NCBI GenBank assembly: GCA_964016885.1
Contig: OZ024744.1
Coordinates: 110,360,001 to 110,424,000 of the forward strand
Reading direction: 5' to 3'
DNA from: Eledone cirrhosa
Lineage: Eukaryota
Length of the DNA: 64,000 nucleotides
Part shown: piece by piece, positions 15,084 to 31,100 of the stretch
Position numbering within the stretch: the stretch's first letter is position 1
Layout of the letters: the number at the start of each line of letters is the position of its first letter
Notes under the pieces: generated by a model
What the model was told of the DNA's origin: nothing
Database searches by the model: none
The model's input: the letters and a program-made list of their open reading frames with translations, nothing else
Position numbers and translations under genes: made by a program

Positions 15084-18000
15084 CTACACAATCCACTATA
15101 ACTAACCTTGCTCTGAACACAGTAAAACTATACAATCCACCATAACTTACCTTGCCCTGAACACAGTAAAACTACACAATCCACTATAACTTACCTTGAC
15201 CTGAACAGAGTAAAACTACACAATCCACTATAACTTACCTTGCACTGGACACAGTAAAACTACACAACCCACTATAACTTACCTTGCCCTGAACACACTA
15301 AAACTACACAATCCACTATAACTTACCTTGCACTGGACACAGTAAAACTACACAACCCACTATAACTTACCTTGCCCTGAACACACTAAAACTACACAAT
15401 CCACTATAACTTACCTTGCCCTGAATACAGTAAAATTACACAATCCACTATAACTTACCTTGCCCTGAACACAGTAAAACTACATAATCCACTATAACTT
15501 AACATGCTCTGAACACAGTAAAACTACACAACCCACTATAACTTACCTTGCCTTGAACACAGTAAAACTACACAATCCACAATAACTTACCTTGCCCTGA
15601 ACACAGTAAAACTACACAATCCACTATAAATTACCTTGCTCTGAACACAGTAAAACTACATAATCCACTATAACTTACCTTGCCCTGAACACAGTAAAAC
15701 TAACACGATCCACTATAACTTACCTTGCCCTGAACACAGTAAAACTACACAATCCACTATAACTTACCTTGCCCTGAACACAGTAAAACTACACAATCCA
15801 CTATAACTTACCTTGCCCTGAACACAGAAAAACTACACAATCCACTATATCTAACCTTGCTCGGAACACAGTAAAACTATACAATCCACCATAACTTACC
15901 TTGCCCTGAACACAGTAAAACTACACAATCCACTATAACTTACCTTGACCTGAACAGAGTAAAACTACACAATCCACTATAACTTATCTTGCACTGAAAA
16001 CAGTAAAACTACACAACCCACTATAACTTACCTTGCCCTGAACATAGTAAAAGAACGTAATCCACTATAATTTACCTTCCTTTGAACACAGTAAAACTAC
16101 ACAATCCACTATAATTTACCTTGCCCTGAACACAGTAAAACTACAAGATCCACTATAACTTACCTTGCTCTGAACACAGTAAAACTACGTAATCCACTAT
16201 AACTTACCTTGCCCTGAACACAGTAAAACTAACACAATCCACTATAACTTACCTTGCCCTGAACACAGTAAAACTACACAATCCACTATAACTTACCTTG
16301 CCCTGAACACAGTAAAACTACACAATCCACTATAAATTACGTTGCCCTGAACATACTAAAACTACACAATCTTCTATAACTTTCCTTGCCCTGAACAGAG
16401 TAAAACTACACAACCCACTATAACATACCTTGCCCTGAACACAGTAAAACTACACAATCCACTGTAACTTACCTTGCCCTGAACACAGTAAAACTACACA
16501 ATCCACTATAACTTACCTTGCCCTGAACACAGTAAAAATTCATAATCCACTATAACTTACCTTGCCCTGAACACAGTAAAACTACACAATCCACTATAAC
16601 TTACCTTGCCCTGAACACAGTAAAACTACACAATCCACTATAAATTACCTTGCCCTGAACACAGTAAAACTACACAATCCACTATAACTTACCTTGCCCT
16701 GAACACAGTAAAACTACACAATCCACTATAACTTACCTTGCCCTGAACACTGTAAAACTACATAATCCACTATAACTTACCTTGCCCTGAAACAGTAAAA
16801 CTACACAAACCACTATAACTTACCTTGCCCTGAACACAGTAAAACTACACGATCCACTATAACTTACCTTGCTCTGAACACAGTAAAACTACACGATCCA
16901 CTATAACTTACCTTGCCCTGAACACAGTAAAACTACACAATCCACTATAACTAACCTTGCTCTGAACACAGTAAAACTACACAATCCACTATAACTCACC
17001 TTGCCCTGAACACAGTAAAACTACACAATCCACTATAACTAACCTTGCTCTGAACACAGTAAAACTATACAATCCACCATAACTTACCTTGCCCTGAACA
17101 CAGTAAAACTACACAATCCACTATAACTTACCTTGACCTGAACACACTAAAACTACACAATCCACTATAACTTACCTTGCACTGAAAACAGTAAAACTAC
17201 ACAACCCACTATAACTTACCTTCCTTTGAACACAGTAAAACTACACAATCCGCTATAATTTACCTTGCCCTGAACACAGTAAAACTACAAGATCCACTAT
17301 AACTTACCTTGCTCTGAACACAGTAAAACTACATAATCCACTATAACTTACCTTGCCCTGAACACAGTAAAACTAACACAATCCACTATAACTTACCTTG
17401 CCCTGAACACAGTAAAACTACACAATCCACTATAAATTACGTTGCCCTGAACATACTAAAACTACACAATCTTCTATAACTTACCTTGCCCTGAACACAG
17501 TAAAACTACACAATCCACTGTAACTTACTTTGCCCTGAACACAGTAAAACTACACAATCCACTATAAATACCTTGCCCTGAACACAGTAAAACTGCATAA
17601 TCCACTATAACATACCTTGCCCTGAACACAGTAAAACTACACAATCCACTATAACTTACCTTGCCCTGAACACAGTAAAACTACACAATCCACTATAAAT
17701 TACCTTGCCCTGAACACAGTAAAATTACACAATCCACTATAACTTACCTTGCCCTGAACACAGTAAAACTACACAATCCACTATAACTTACCTTGCCCTG
17801 AACACTGTAAAACTACATAATCCACTATAACTTACCTTGCCCTGAAACAGTAAAACTACACAAACCACTATAACTTACCTTGCCCTGAACACAGTAAAAC
17901 TACACAAACCACTATAACTTACCTTGCCCTGAACACAGTAAAACTACACAATCCACTATAACTTACCTTGCCCTGAACACAGTAAAACTACACGATCCAC

Positions 18001-19099
18001 TATAAGTTAACTTGCCCTGAACACAGTAAAACTACACGATCCACTATAACTTACCTTGCCCTGAACAAAGTAAAACTACACGATCCACTATAACTTACCT
18101 TGCCCTGAATACAGTAAAACTACACAATCCACTATAACTAACCTTGCTCTGAACACAGTAAAACTACACAATCCACTATAACTTACCTTGCCCTGAACAC
18201 AGTAAAACTACACAATCCACTATATCTAACCTTGCTCGGAACACAGTAAAACTACACAATCCACTATAACTTACCTTGACCTGAACAGAGTAAAACTACA
18301 CAAACCACTATAACTTACCTTGCCCTGAACACACTAAAACTACACAATCCACTATAACTTACCTTGACCTGAACAGAGTAAAACTACACAATCCACTATA
18401 ACTTACCTTGCACTGAAAACAGTAAAACTACACAACCCACTATAACTTACCTTGCCCTGAACATAGTAAAAGAACATAATCCACTATAACTTACCTTCCT
18501 TTGAACACAGTAAAACTACACAATCCACTATAATTTACCTTGCCCTGAACACAGTAAAACTAACACAATCCACTATAACTTACCTTGCCCTGAACACAGT
18601 AAAACTACACAATCCACTATAACTTACCTTGCCCTGAACACAGTAAAACTACACAATCCACTATAAATTACGTTGCCCTGAACATACTAAAACTACACAA
18701 TCTTCTATAACTAACCTTGCTCTGAACACAGTAAAACTATACAATCCACCATAACTTACCTTGCCCTGAACACAGTAAAACTACACAATCCACTATAACT
18801 TACCTTGACCTGCACAGAGTAAAACTACATGATCCACTATAACTTACCTTGCCCTGAACACACTAAAACTACACAATCCACTATAACTTACCTTGCACTG
18901 AAAACAGTAAAACTACACAACCCACTATAACTTACCTTGCTCTGAACACAGTAAAACTACACAACCCACTATAACTTACCTTCCTTTGAACACAGTAAAA
19001 CTACACAATCCGCTATAATTTACCTTGCCCTGAACACAGTAAAAATTCATAATCCCCTATAACTTACCTTGCCCTGAACACAGTAAAACTACACAATCC

Positions 19100-22000
19100 A
19101 CTATAACTTACCTTGCCCTGAACACAGTAAAACTACACAATCCACTATAAATTACCTTGCCCTGAACACAGTAAAACTACACAATCCACTATAAATTACC
19201 TTGCTCTGAACACAGTAAAACTACACAATCCACTATAACTTACCTTGCCCTGAACACAGTAAAACTACACAATCCACTATAAATTACGTTGCCCTGAACA
19301 TACTAAAACTACACAATCTTCTATAACTTACCTTGCCCTGAACACAGTAAAACTACACAATCCACTATAACTTTCCTTGCCCTGAACACAGTAAAACTAC
19401 ACAACCCACTATAACATACCTTGCCCTGAACACAGTAAAACTACACAATCCACTGTAACTTACCTTGCCCTGAACACAGTAAAACTACACAATCCACTAT
19501 AACTTACCTTGCCCTGAACACAGTAAAAATTCATAATCCACTATAACTTACCTTGCCCTGAACACAGAAAAACTACACAATCCACTATAACTTACCTTGC
19601 CCTGAACACAGTAAAACTACAGAATCCACTATAAATTACCTTGCCCTGAACACAGTAAAACTACACAATCCACTATAACTTACCTTGCCCTGAACACAGT
19701 AAAACTACACAATCCACTATAACTTACCTTGCCCTGAACACTGTAAAACTACATAATCCACTATAACTTACCTTGCCCTGAAACAGTAAAACTACACAAA
19801 CCACTATAACTTACCTTGCCCTGAACACAGTAAAACTACACGATCCACTATAACTTACCTTGCCCTGAACACAGTAAAACTACACGATCCACTATAACTT
19901 ACCTTGCCCTGAACACAGTAAAACTACACAATCCACTATAACTAACCTTGCTCTGAACACAGTAAAACTACACAATCCACTATAACTCACCTTGCCCTGA
20001 ACACAGTAAAACTACACAATCCACTATAACTAACCTTGCTCTGAACACAGTAAAACTATACAATCCACCATAACTTACCTTGCCCTGAACACAGTAAAAC
20101 TACACAATCCACTATAACTTACCTTGCTCTGAACACAGTAAAACTACACAACCCACTATAACTTACCTTCCTTTGAACACAGTAAAACTACACAATCCGC
20201 TATAATTTACCTTGCCCTGAACACAGTAAAAATTCATAATCCCCTATAACTTACCTTGCCCTGAACACAGTAAAACTACACAATCTTCTATAACTTACCT
20301 TGCCCTGAACACAGTAAAACTACACAATCCACTATAAATACCTTGCCCTGAACACAGTAAAACTGCATAATCCACTATAACATACCTTGCCCTGAACACA
20401 GTAAAACTACACAATCCACTATAACTTACCTTGCCCTGAACACAGTAAAACTACACAATCCACTATAAATTACCTTGCCCTGAACACAGTAAAATTACAC
20501 AATCCACTATAACTTACCTTGCCCTGAACACAGTAAAACTACACAATCCACTATAACTTACCTTGCCCTGAACACTGTAAAACTACATAATCCACTATAA
20601 CTTACCTTGCCCTGAACACAGTAAAACTACACAATCCACTATAACTTACCTTGCCCTGAACACAGTAAAACTACACAATCCACTATAAATTACCTTGCCC
20701 TGAACACAGTAAAATTACACAATCCACTATAACTTACCTTGCCCTGAACACAGTAAAACTACACAATCCACTATAAATACCTTGCCCTGAACACAGTAAA
20801 ACTGCATAATCCACTATAACATACCTTGCCCTGAACACAGTAAAACTACACAATCCACTATAACTTACCTTGCCCTGAACACAGTAAAACTACACAATCC
20901 ACTATAAATTACCTTGCCCTGAACACAGTAAAACTACACAATCCACTATAACTTACCTTGCCCTGAACACAGTAAAACTACACAATCCACTATAAATTAC
21001 CTTGCCCTGAACACAGTAAAACTACACAATCCACTATAAATTACCTTGCTCTGAACACAGTAAAACTACACAATCCACTATAACTTACCTTGCCCTGAAC
21101 ACAGTAAAACTACACAATCCACTATAAATTACGTTGCCCTGAACATACTAAAACTACACAATCTTCTATAACTTACCTTGCCCTGAACACAGTAAAACTA
21201 CACAATCCACTATAACTTTCCTTGCCCTGAACACAGTAAAACTACACAACCCACTATAACATACCTTGCCCTGAACACAGTAAAACTACACAATCCACTG
21301 TAACTTACCTTGCCCTGAACACAGTAAAACTACACAATCCACTATAACTTACCTTGCCCTGAACACAGTAAAAATTCATAATCCACTATAACTTACCTTG
21401 CCCTGAACACAGAAAAACTACACAATCCACTATAACTTACCTTGCCCTGAACACAGTAAAACTACAGAATCCACTATAAATTACCTTGCCCTGAACACAG
21501 TAAAACTACACAATCCACTATAACTTACCTTGCCCTGAACACAGTAAAACTACACAATCCACTATAACTTACCTTGCCCTGAACACTGTAAAACTACATA
21601 ATCCACTATAACTTACCTTGCCCTGAAACAGTAAAACTACACAAACCACTATAACTTACCTTGCCCTGAACACAGTAAAACTACACGATCCACTATAACT
21701 TACCTTGCCCTGAACACAGTAAAACTACACGATCCACTATAACTTACCTTGCCCTGAACACAGTAAAACTACACAATCCACTATAACTAACCTTGCTCTG
21801 AACACAGTAAAACTACACAATCCACTATAACTCACCTTGCCCTGAACACAGTAAAACTACACAATCCACTATAACTAACCTTGCTCTGAACACAGTAAAA
21901 CTATACAATCCACCATAACTTACCTTGCCCTGAACACAGTAAAACTACACAATCCACTATAACTTACCTTGCTCTGAACACAGTAAAACTACACAACCCA

Positions 22001-22445
22001 CTATAACTTACCTTCCTTTGAACACAGTAAAACTACACAATCCGCTATAATTTACCTTGCCCTGAACACAGTAAAAATTCATAATCCCCTATAACTTACC
22101 TTGCCCTGAACACAGTAAAACTACACAATCTTCTATAACTTACCTTGCCCTGAACACAGTAAAACTACACAATCCACTATAAATACCTTGCCCTGAACAC
22201 AGTAAAACTGCATAATCCACTATAACATACCTTGCCCTGAACACAGTAAAACTACACAATCCACTATAACTTACCTTGCCCTGAACACAGTAAAACTACA
22301 CAATCCACTATAAATTACCTTGCCCTGAACACAGTAAAATTACACAATCCACTATAACTTACCTTGCCCTGAACACAGTAAAACTACACAATCCACTATA
22401 ACTTACCTTGCCCTGAACACTGTAAAACTACATAATCCACTATAA
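19100..22445. repeat. Higher-order duplication, offset 1845 bp (42 monomers)
   Basis: Marker CTACAGAATCC (AGAAT at 19621 and 21466) with the same downstream variant order. Ends approximate. Confidence 0.8.
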
Positions 22446-25400
22446 CTTACCTTGCCCTGAAACAGTAAAACTACACAAACCACTATAACTTACCTTGCCC
22501 TGAACACAGTAAAACTACACAAACCACTATAACTTACCTTGCCCTGAACACAGTAAAACTACACAATCCACTATAACTTACCTTGCCCTGAACACAGTAA
22601 AACTACACGATCCACTATAAGTTAACTTGCCCTGAACACAGTAAAACTACACGATCCACTATAACTTACCTTGCCCTGAACAAAGTAAAACTACACGATC
22701 CACTATAACTTACCTTGCCCTGAATACAGTAAAACTACACAATCCACTATAACTAACCTTGCTCTGAACACAGTAAAACTACACAATCCACTATAACTTA
22801 CCTTGCCCTGAACACAGTAAAACTACACAATCCACTATATCTAACCTTGCTCGGAACACAGTAAAACTACACAATCCACTATAACTTACCTTGACCTGAA
22901 CAGAGTAAAACTACACAATCCACTATAACTTACCTTGCCCTGAACACACTAAAACTACACAATCCACTATAACTTACCTTGACCTGAACAGAGTAAAACT
23001 ACACAATCCACTATAACTTACCTTGCACTGAAAACAGTAAAACTACACAACCCACTATAACTTACCTTGCCCTGAACATAGTAAAAGAACATAATCCACT
23101 ATAACTTACCTTCCTTTGAACACAGTAAAACTACACAATCCACTATAATTTACCTTGCCCTGAACACAGTAAAACTAACACAATCCACTATAACTTACCT
23201 TGCCCTGAACACAGTAAAACTACACAATCCACTATAACTTACCTTGCCCTGAACACAGTAAAACTACACAATCCACTGTAAATTACGTTGCCCTGAACAT
23301 ACTAAAACTACACAATCTTCTATAACTTACCTTGCCCTGAACACAGTAAAACTACACAATCCACTATAACTTTCCTTGCCCTGAACACAGTAAAACTACA
23401 CAACCCACTATAACATACCTTGCCCTGAACACAGTAAAACTACACAATCCACTGTAACTTACCTTGCCCTGAACACAGTAAAACTACACAATCCACTATA
23501 ACTTACCTTGCCCTGAACACAGTAAAAATTCATAATCCACTATAACTTACCTTGCCCTGAACACAGAAAAACTACACAATCCACTATAACTTACCTTGCC
23601 CTGAACACAGTAAAACTACACAATCCACTATAAATTACCTTGCCCTGAACACAGTAAAACTACACAATCCACTATAACTTACCTTGCCCTGAACACAGTA
23701 AAACTACACAATCCACTATAACTTACCTTGCCCTGAACACTGTAAAACTACATAATCCACTATAACTTACCTTGCCCTGAAACAGTAAAACTACACAAAC
23801 CACTATAACTTACCTTGCCCTGAACACAGTAAAACTACACGATCCACTATAACTTACCTTGCCCTGAACACAGTAAAACTACACGATCCACTATAACTTA
23901 CCTTGCCCTGAACACAGTAAAACTACACAATCCACTATAACTAACCTTGCTCTGAACACAGTAAAACTACACAATCCACTATAACTCACCTTGCCCTGAA
24001 CACAGTAAAACTACACAATCCACTATAACTAACCTTGCTCTGAACACAGTAAAACTATACAATCCACCATAACTTACCTTGCCCTGAACACAGTAAAACT
24101 ACACAATCCACTATAACTTACCTTGACCTGCACAGAGTAAAACTACATGATCCACTATAACTTACCTTGCCCTGAACACACTAAAACTACACAATCCACT
24201 ATAACTTACCTTGCACTGAAAACAGTAAAACTACACAACCCACTATAACTTACCTTGCTCTGAACACAGTAAAACTACATAATCCACTATAACTTACCTT
24301 GCTCTGAACATACTAAAACTACACAATCTTCTATAACTTACCTTGCCCTGAACACAGTAAAACTACACAATCCACTGTAACTTACTTTGCCCTGAACACA
24401 GTAAAACTACACAATCCACTATAAATACCTTGCCCTGAACACAGTAAAACTGCATAATCCACTATAACATACCTTGCCCTGAACACAGTAAAACTACACA
24501 ATCCACTATAACTTACCTTGCCCTGAACACAGTAAAACTACACAATCCACTATAAATTACCTTGCCCTGAACACAGTAAAATTACACAATCCACTATAAC
24601 TTACCTTGCCCTGAACACAGTAAAACTACACAATCCACTATAACTTACCTTGTCCTGAACACTGTAAAACTACATAATCCACTATAACTTACCTTGCCAT
24701 GAAACAGTAAAACTACACAAACCACTATAACTTACCTTGCCCTGAACACAGTAAAACTACACAAACCACTATAACTTACCTTGCCCTGAACACAGTAAAA
24801 CTACACAATCCACTATAACTTACCTTGCCCTGAACACAGTAAAACTACACGATCCACTATAAGTTAACTTGCCCTGAACACAGTAAAACTACACGATCCA
24901 CTATAACTTACCTTGCCCTGAACAAAGTAAAACTACACGATCCACTATAACTTACCTTGCCCTGAACACAGTAAAACTACACAATCCACTATAACTAACC
25001 TTGCTCTGAACACAGTAAAGCTACACAATCCACTATAACTTACCTTGCCCTGAACACAGTAAAACTACACAATCCACTATATCTAACCTTGCTCGGAACA
25101 CAGTAAAACTACACAATCCACTATAACTTACCTTGACCTGAACAGAGTAAAACTACACAATCCACTATAACTTACCTTGCCCTGAACACACTAAAACTAC
25201 ACAATCCACTATAACTTACCTTGACCTGAACAGAATAAAACTACACAATCCACTATAACTTACCTTGCACTGAAAACAGTAAAACTACACAACCCACTAT
25301 AACTTACCTTGCCCTGAACATAGTAAAAGAACATAATCCACTATAACATACCTTCCTTTGAACACAGTAAAACTACACAATCCACTATAATTTACCTTGC

Positions 25401-26510
25401 CCTGAACACAGTAAAACTAACACAATCCACTATAACTTACCTTGCCCTGAACACAGTAAAACTACACAATCCACTATAACTTACCTTGCCCTGAACACAG
25501 TAAAACTACACAATCCACTATAAATTACGTTGCCCTGAACATACTAAAACTACACAATCTTCTATAACTTACCTTGCCCTGAACACAGTAAAACTACACA
25601 ATCCACTATAACTTTCCTTGCCCTGAACACAGTAAAACTACACAACCCACTATAACATACCTTGCCCTGAACACAGTAAAACTACACAATCCACTGTAAC
25701 TTACCTTGCCCTGAACACAGTAAAACTACACAATCCACTATAACTTACCTTGCCCTGAACACAGTAAAAATTCATAATCCACTATAACTTACCTTGCCCT
25801 GAACACAGAAAAACTACACAATCCACTATAACTTACCTTGCCCTGAACACAGTAAAACTACACAATCCACTATAAATTACCTTGCCCTGAACACAGTAAA
25901 ACTACACAATCCACTATAACTTACCTTGCCCTGAACACAGTAAAACTACACAATCCACTATAACTTACCTTGCCCTGAACACTGTAAAACTACATAATCC
26001 ACTATAACTTACCTTGCCCTGAAACAGTAAAACTACACAAACCACTATAACTTACCTTGCCCTGAACACAGTAAAACTACACGATCCACTATAACTTACC
26101 TTGCCCTGAACACAGTAAAACTACACGATCCACTATAACTTACCTTGCCCTGAACACAGTAAAACTACACAATCCACTATAACTAACCTTGCTCTGAACA
26201 CAGTAAAACTACACAATCCACTATAACTCACCTTGCCCTGAACACAGTAAAACTACACAATCCACTATAACTAACCTTGCTCTGAACACAGTAAAACTAT
26301 ACAATCCACCATAACTTACCTTGCCCTGAACACAGTAAAACTACACAATCCACTATAACTTACCTTGACCTGCACAGAGTAAAACTACATGATCCACTAT
26401 AACTTACCTTGCCCTGAACACACTAAAACTACACAATCCACTATAACTTACCTTGCACTGAAAACAGTAAAACTACACAACCCACTATAACTTACCTTGC
26501 TCTGAACACA
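22200..26510. repeat. Higher-order duplication, offset 2242 bp (51 monomers)
   Basis: TATAAGTTAAC at 22616/24858 and TGCACAGAGT at 24129/26371, both offset 2242. Ends approximate. Confidence 0.82.
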
Positions 26511-28126
26511 GTAAAACTACACAACCCACTATAACTTACCTTCCTTTGAACACAGTAAAACTACACAATCCGCTATAATTTACCTTGCCCTGAACACAGT
26601 AAAAATTCATAATCCCCTATAACTTACCTTGCCCTGAACACAGTAAAACTACACAATCCACTATAACTTACCTTGCCCTGAACACAGTAAAACTACACAA
26701 TCCACTATAAATTACCTTGCCCTGAACACAGTAAAACTACACAATCCACTATAACTTACCTTGCCCTGAACACAGTAAAACTATACAATCCACTATAACC
26801 TACCTTGCCCTGAACACTGTAAAACTACATAATCCACTATAACTTACCTTGCCCTGAAACAGTAAAACTACACAAACCACTATAACTTACCTTGCCCTGA
26901 ACACAGTAAAACTACACGATCCACTATAACTTACCTTGCCCTGAACACAGTAAAACTACACGATCCACTATAACTTACCTTGCCCTGAACACAGTAAAAC
27001 TACACAATCCACTATAACTAACCTTGCTCTGAACACAGTAAAACTACACAATCCACTATAACTCACCTTGCCCTGAACACAGTAAAACTACACAATCCAC
27101 TATAACTAACCTTGCTCTGAACACAGTAAAACTATACAATCCACCATAACTTACCTTGCCCTGAACACAGTAAAACTACACAATCCACTATAACTTACCT
27201 TGACCTGCACAGAGTAAAACTACATGATCCACTATAACTTACCTTGCCCTGAACACACTAAAACTACACAATCCACTATAACTTACCTTGCACTGAAAAC
27301 AGTAAAACTACACAACCCACTATAACTTACCTTGCTCTGAACACAGTAAAACTACACAACCCACTATAACTTACCTTCCTTTGAACACAGTAAAACTACA
27401 CAATCCGCTATAATTTACCTTGCCCTGAACACAGTAAAACTACAAGATCCACTATAACTTACCTTGCTCTGAACACAGTAAAACTACATAATCCACTATA
27501 ACTTACCTTGCCCTGAACACAGTAAAACTAACACAATCCACTATAACTTACCTTGCCCTGAACACAGTAAAACTACACAATCCACTATAAATTACGTTGC
27601 CCTGAACATACTAAAACTACACAATCTTCTATAACTTACCTTGCCCTGAACACAGTAAAACTACACAATCCACTGTAACTTACCTTGCCCTGAACACAGT
27701 AAAACTACACAATCCACTATAAATACCTTGCCCTGAACACAGTAAAACTGCATAATCCACTATAACTTACCTTGCCCTGAAGACAGTAAAACTACACAAT
27801 CCACTATAACTTACCTTGCCCTGAACACAGTAAAACTACACAATCCACTATAAATTACCTTGCCCTGAACACAGTAAAATTACACAATCCACTATAACTT
27901 ACCTTGCCCTGAACACAGTAAAACTACACAATCCACTATAACTTACCTTGCCCTGAACACTGTAAAACTACATAATCCACTATAACTTACCTTACCCTGA
28001 AACAGTAAAACTACACAAACCACTATAACTTACCTTGCCCTGAACACAGTAAAACTACACAATCCACTATAACTTACCTTGTCCTGAACGTCAGTAAAAC
28101 TACACGATCCACTATAAGTTAACTTG

Positions 28127-31100
28127 CCCTGAACACAGTAAAACTACACAATCCACTATAACTTAGCTTGCACTGAACACAGTAAAACTACACAATCCAC
28201 TATAACTTACCTTGCCCTGAACACAGTAAAACTACACAATCCACTTCAACTTACCTTGCTCTGAACACAGTAAAACTACACAATGTACTATAACTTACCT
28301 TGCCCTGAACACAGTAAAATTACACAATCCACTATAACTAACCTTGCCCTGAACACAGTAAAACTACACAATCCACTATAACTTACTTTGCTCTGAACAC
28401 AGTAAAACTACACAATCCACCTTAACTTACCTTGCTCTTAACACAGTAAAACTACACAATCCACTTCAACTTACCTTGCTCTGAACACAGTAAAACTACA
28501 CAATCCACTATAACTTACCTTGCCCTGAACACAAGAAAATTACACAATCCAGTATAACTTACTTTGCCCTGAACACAGTAAAACTACATAATCCACTATA
28601 ACTTAACATGCTCTGAACACAGTAAAACTACACAACCCACTATAACTTACCTTGCCTTGAACACAGTAAAACTACACAATCCACAATAACTTACCTTGCC
28701 CTGAACATAGTAAAACTACGTAATCCACTATAACTTACCTTCCTCTAAACACAGTAAAACTACACAATCCACTATAACTTACCTTGCCCAGAACACAGTA
28801 AAACTACGTAATCCACTATAACTTACCTTGCCCTGAACACAGTAAAACTACACAATCCACTATAATTTACCTTGCCCTGAACACAGTAAAACTACGCAAT
28901 CCACTATAACTTACCTTGCTCTGAACACAGTAAAACTACATAATCCACTATAACTTACCTTGATCTGAACACAGTAAAACTAACACAATCCACTATGACT
29001 TACCTTGCCCTGAACACAGTAAAACTACACCATCCACTATAAATTACGTTGCCATGAACATACTAAAACTACACGATCTTCTATAACTTACCTTGCCCTG
29101 AACACAGTAAAACCACACAATCCACTATAACTTACCTTGCCCTGAACACAGTAAAACTACACAATCAACTATAACTTACCTTGCCCTGAACACAGTAAAA
29201 CTACACGATCCACTATAACTTACCTTGCCCTGAACACAGTAAAACTACACGATCCACTATAACTTACCTTGCCCTGAACACAGTAAAACTACACAATCCA
29301 CTATAACTAACCTTGCTCTGAACACAGTAAAACTACACAATCCACTATAACTTACCTTGCCCTGAACACAGTAAAACTACACAATCCACTATAACTAACC
29401 TTGCTCTGAACACAGTAAAACTATACAATCCACCATAACTTACCTTGCCCTGAACACAGTAAAACTACACAATCCACTATAACTTACCTTGACCTGAACA
29501 GAGTAAAACTACACAATCCACTATAACTTACCTTGCCCTGAACACACTAAAACTACACAATCCACTATAACTTAACTGGCCCTGAACACAGTAAAACTAC
29601 ACAATCCACTATAACTTACCTTGCACTGAAAACAGTAAAACTACACAACCCACTATGATTTACCTTGCTCTGAACACAGTAAAACTACACAATCCACTAT
29701 AACTTACCTTGCCCTGAATATAGTATAAGAACGTAATCCACTATAACTTACCTTCCTTTGAACACAGTAAAACTACACAATCCACTATAATTTACCTTGC
29801 CCTGAACACAGTAAAACTACAAGATCCACTATAACTTACCTTGCTCTGAACACAGTAAAACTACATAATCCACTATAACTTAACTTGCCCTGAACACAGT
29901 AAAACTAACACAATCCACTATAACTTACCTTGCCCTGAACACAGTAAAACTACACAATCCACTATAACTTACCTTGCCCTGAACACAGTAAAACTGCATA
30001 ATCCACTATAACTTCCCTTGCCCTGAAAACAGTAAAACTACACAATCCACTATAACTTACCTTGCTCTGAACACAGTAAAACTACACAATCCACTATAAC
30101 TTACCTGGCTCTGAACACAGTGAAACTACACAATCCACTATAACTTACCTTGCTCTGAACACAGTAAAACTAAATAATCCACTATAACTTACCTTGCCCT
30201 GAACACAGTAAAACTACACAATCCACTATAACTTACCTTGCTCTGAACACAGTAAAACTACACAATCCACCATAACTTACCTTGCCCTGAACACAGTAAA
30301 AGAACACAATCTTCTATAACTTACCTTGCCCTGAATACAGTAAAACTACACAATCCACTATAACTTACCTTCCTCTAAACACAGTAAAACTACACAATCC
30401 ACTATAACTTACCTTGCCCTGAACACAGTAAAACTACACAATCCACTTCAACTTACCTTGCTCTGAACACAGTAAAACTACACAATCCACTATAACTTAC
30501 CTTGCCCTGAACACAGTAAAACTACATAATCCACTATAACTTACCTTGACTTGAACACAGTAAAACTACACCATCCACTATAAATTACCTTGCCCTGAAC
30601 ACAGTAAAACTACACAATCCACTATAACTTACCTTGACCTGAACACAGTAAAACTACACAATCCACTATAACTTACCTTGCCCTGAACACAGTAAAACTA
30701 CACAATCCACTATAACTTACCTTCCATTGAACACAGTAAAACTACACAATCCACTATAATTTACCTTGCCCTGAACACAGTAAACTACAAGATCCACTAT
30801 AACTTACCTTGCTCTGAACACAGTAAAACTACATAATCCACTATAACTTACCTTGCCCTGAACACAGTAAAACTAACACAATCCACTATAACTTACCTTG
30901 CCCTGAACACAGTAAAACTACACAATCCACTATAAATTACGTTGCCCTGAACATACTAAAACTACACAATCTTCTATAACTTACCTTGCCCTGAACACAG
31001 TAAAACTACACAATCCACTGTAACTTACCATGCCCTGAACACAGTAAAACTACACAATCCACTATAACTTACCTTGCCCTGAACACAGTAAAATTACACA

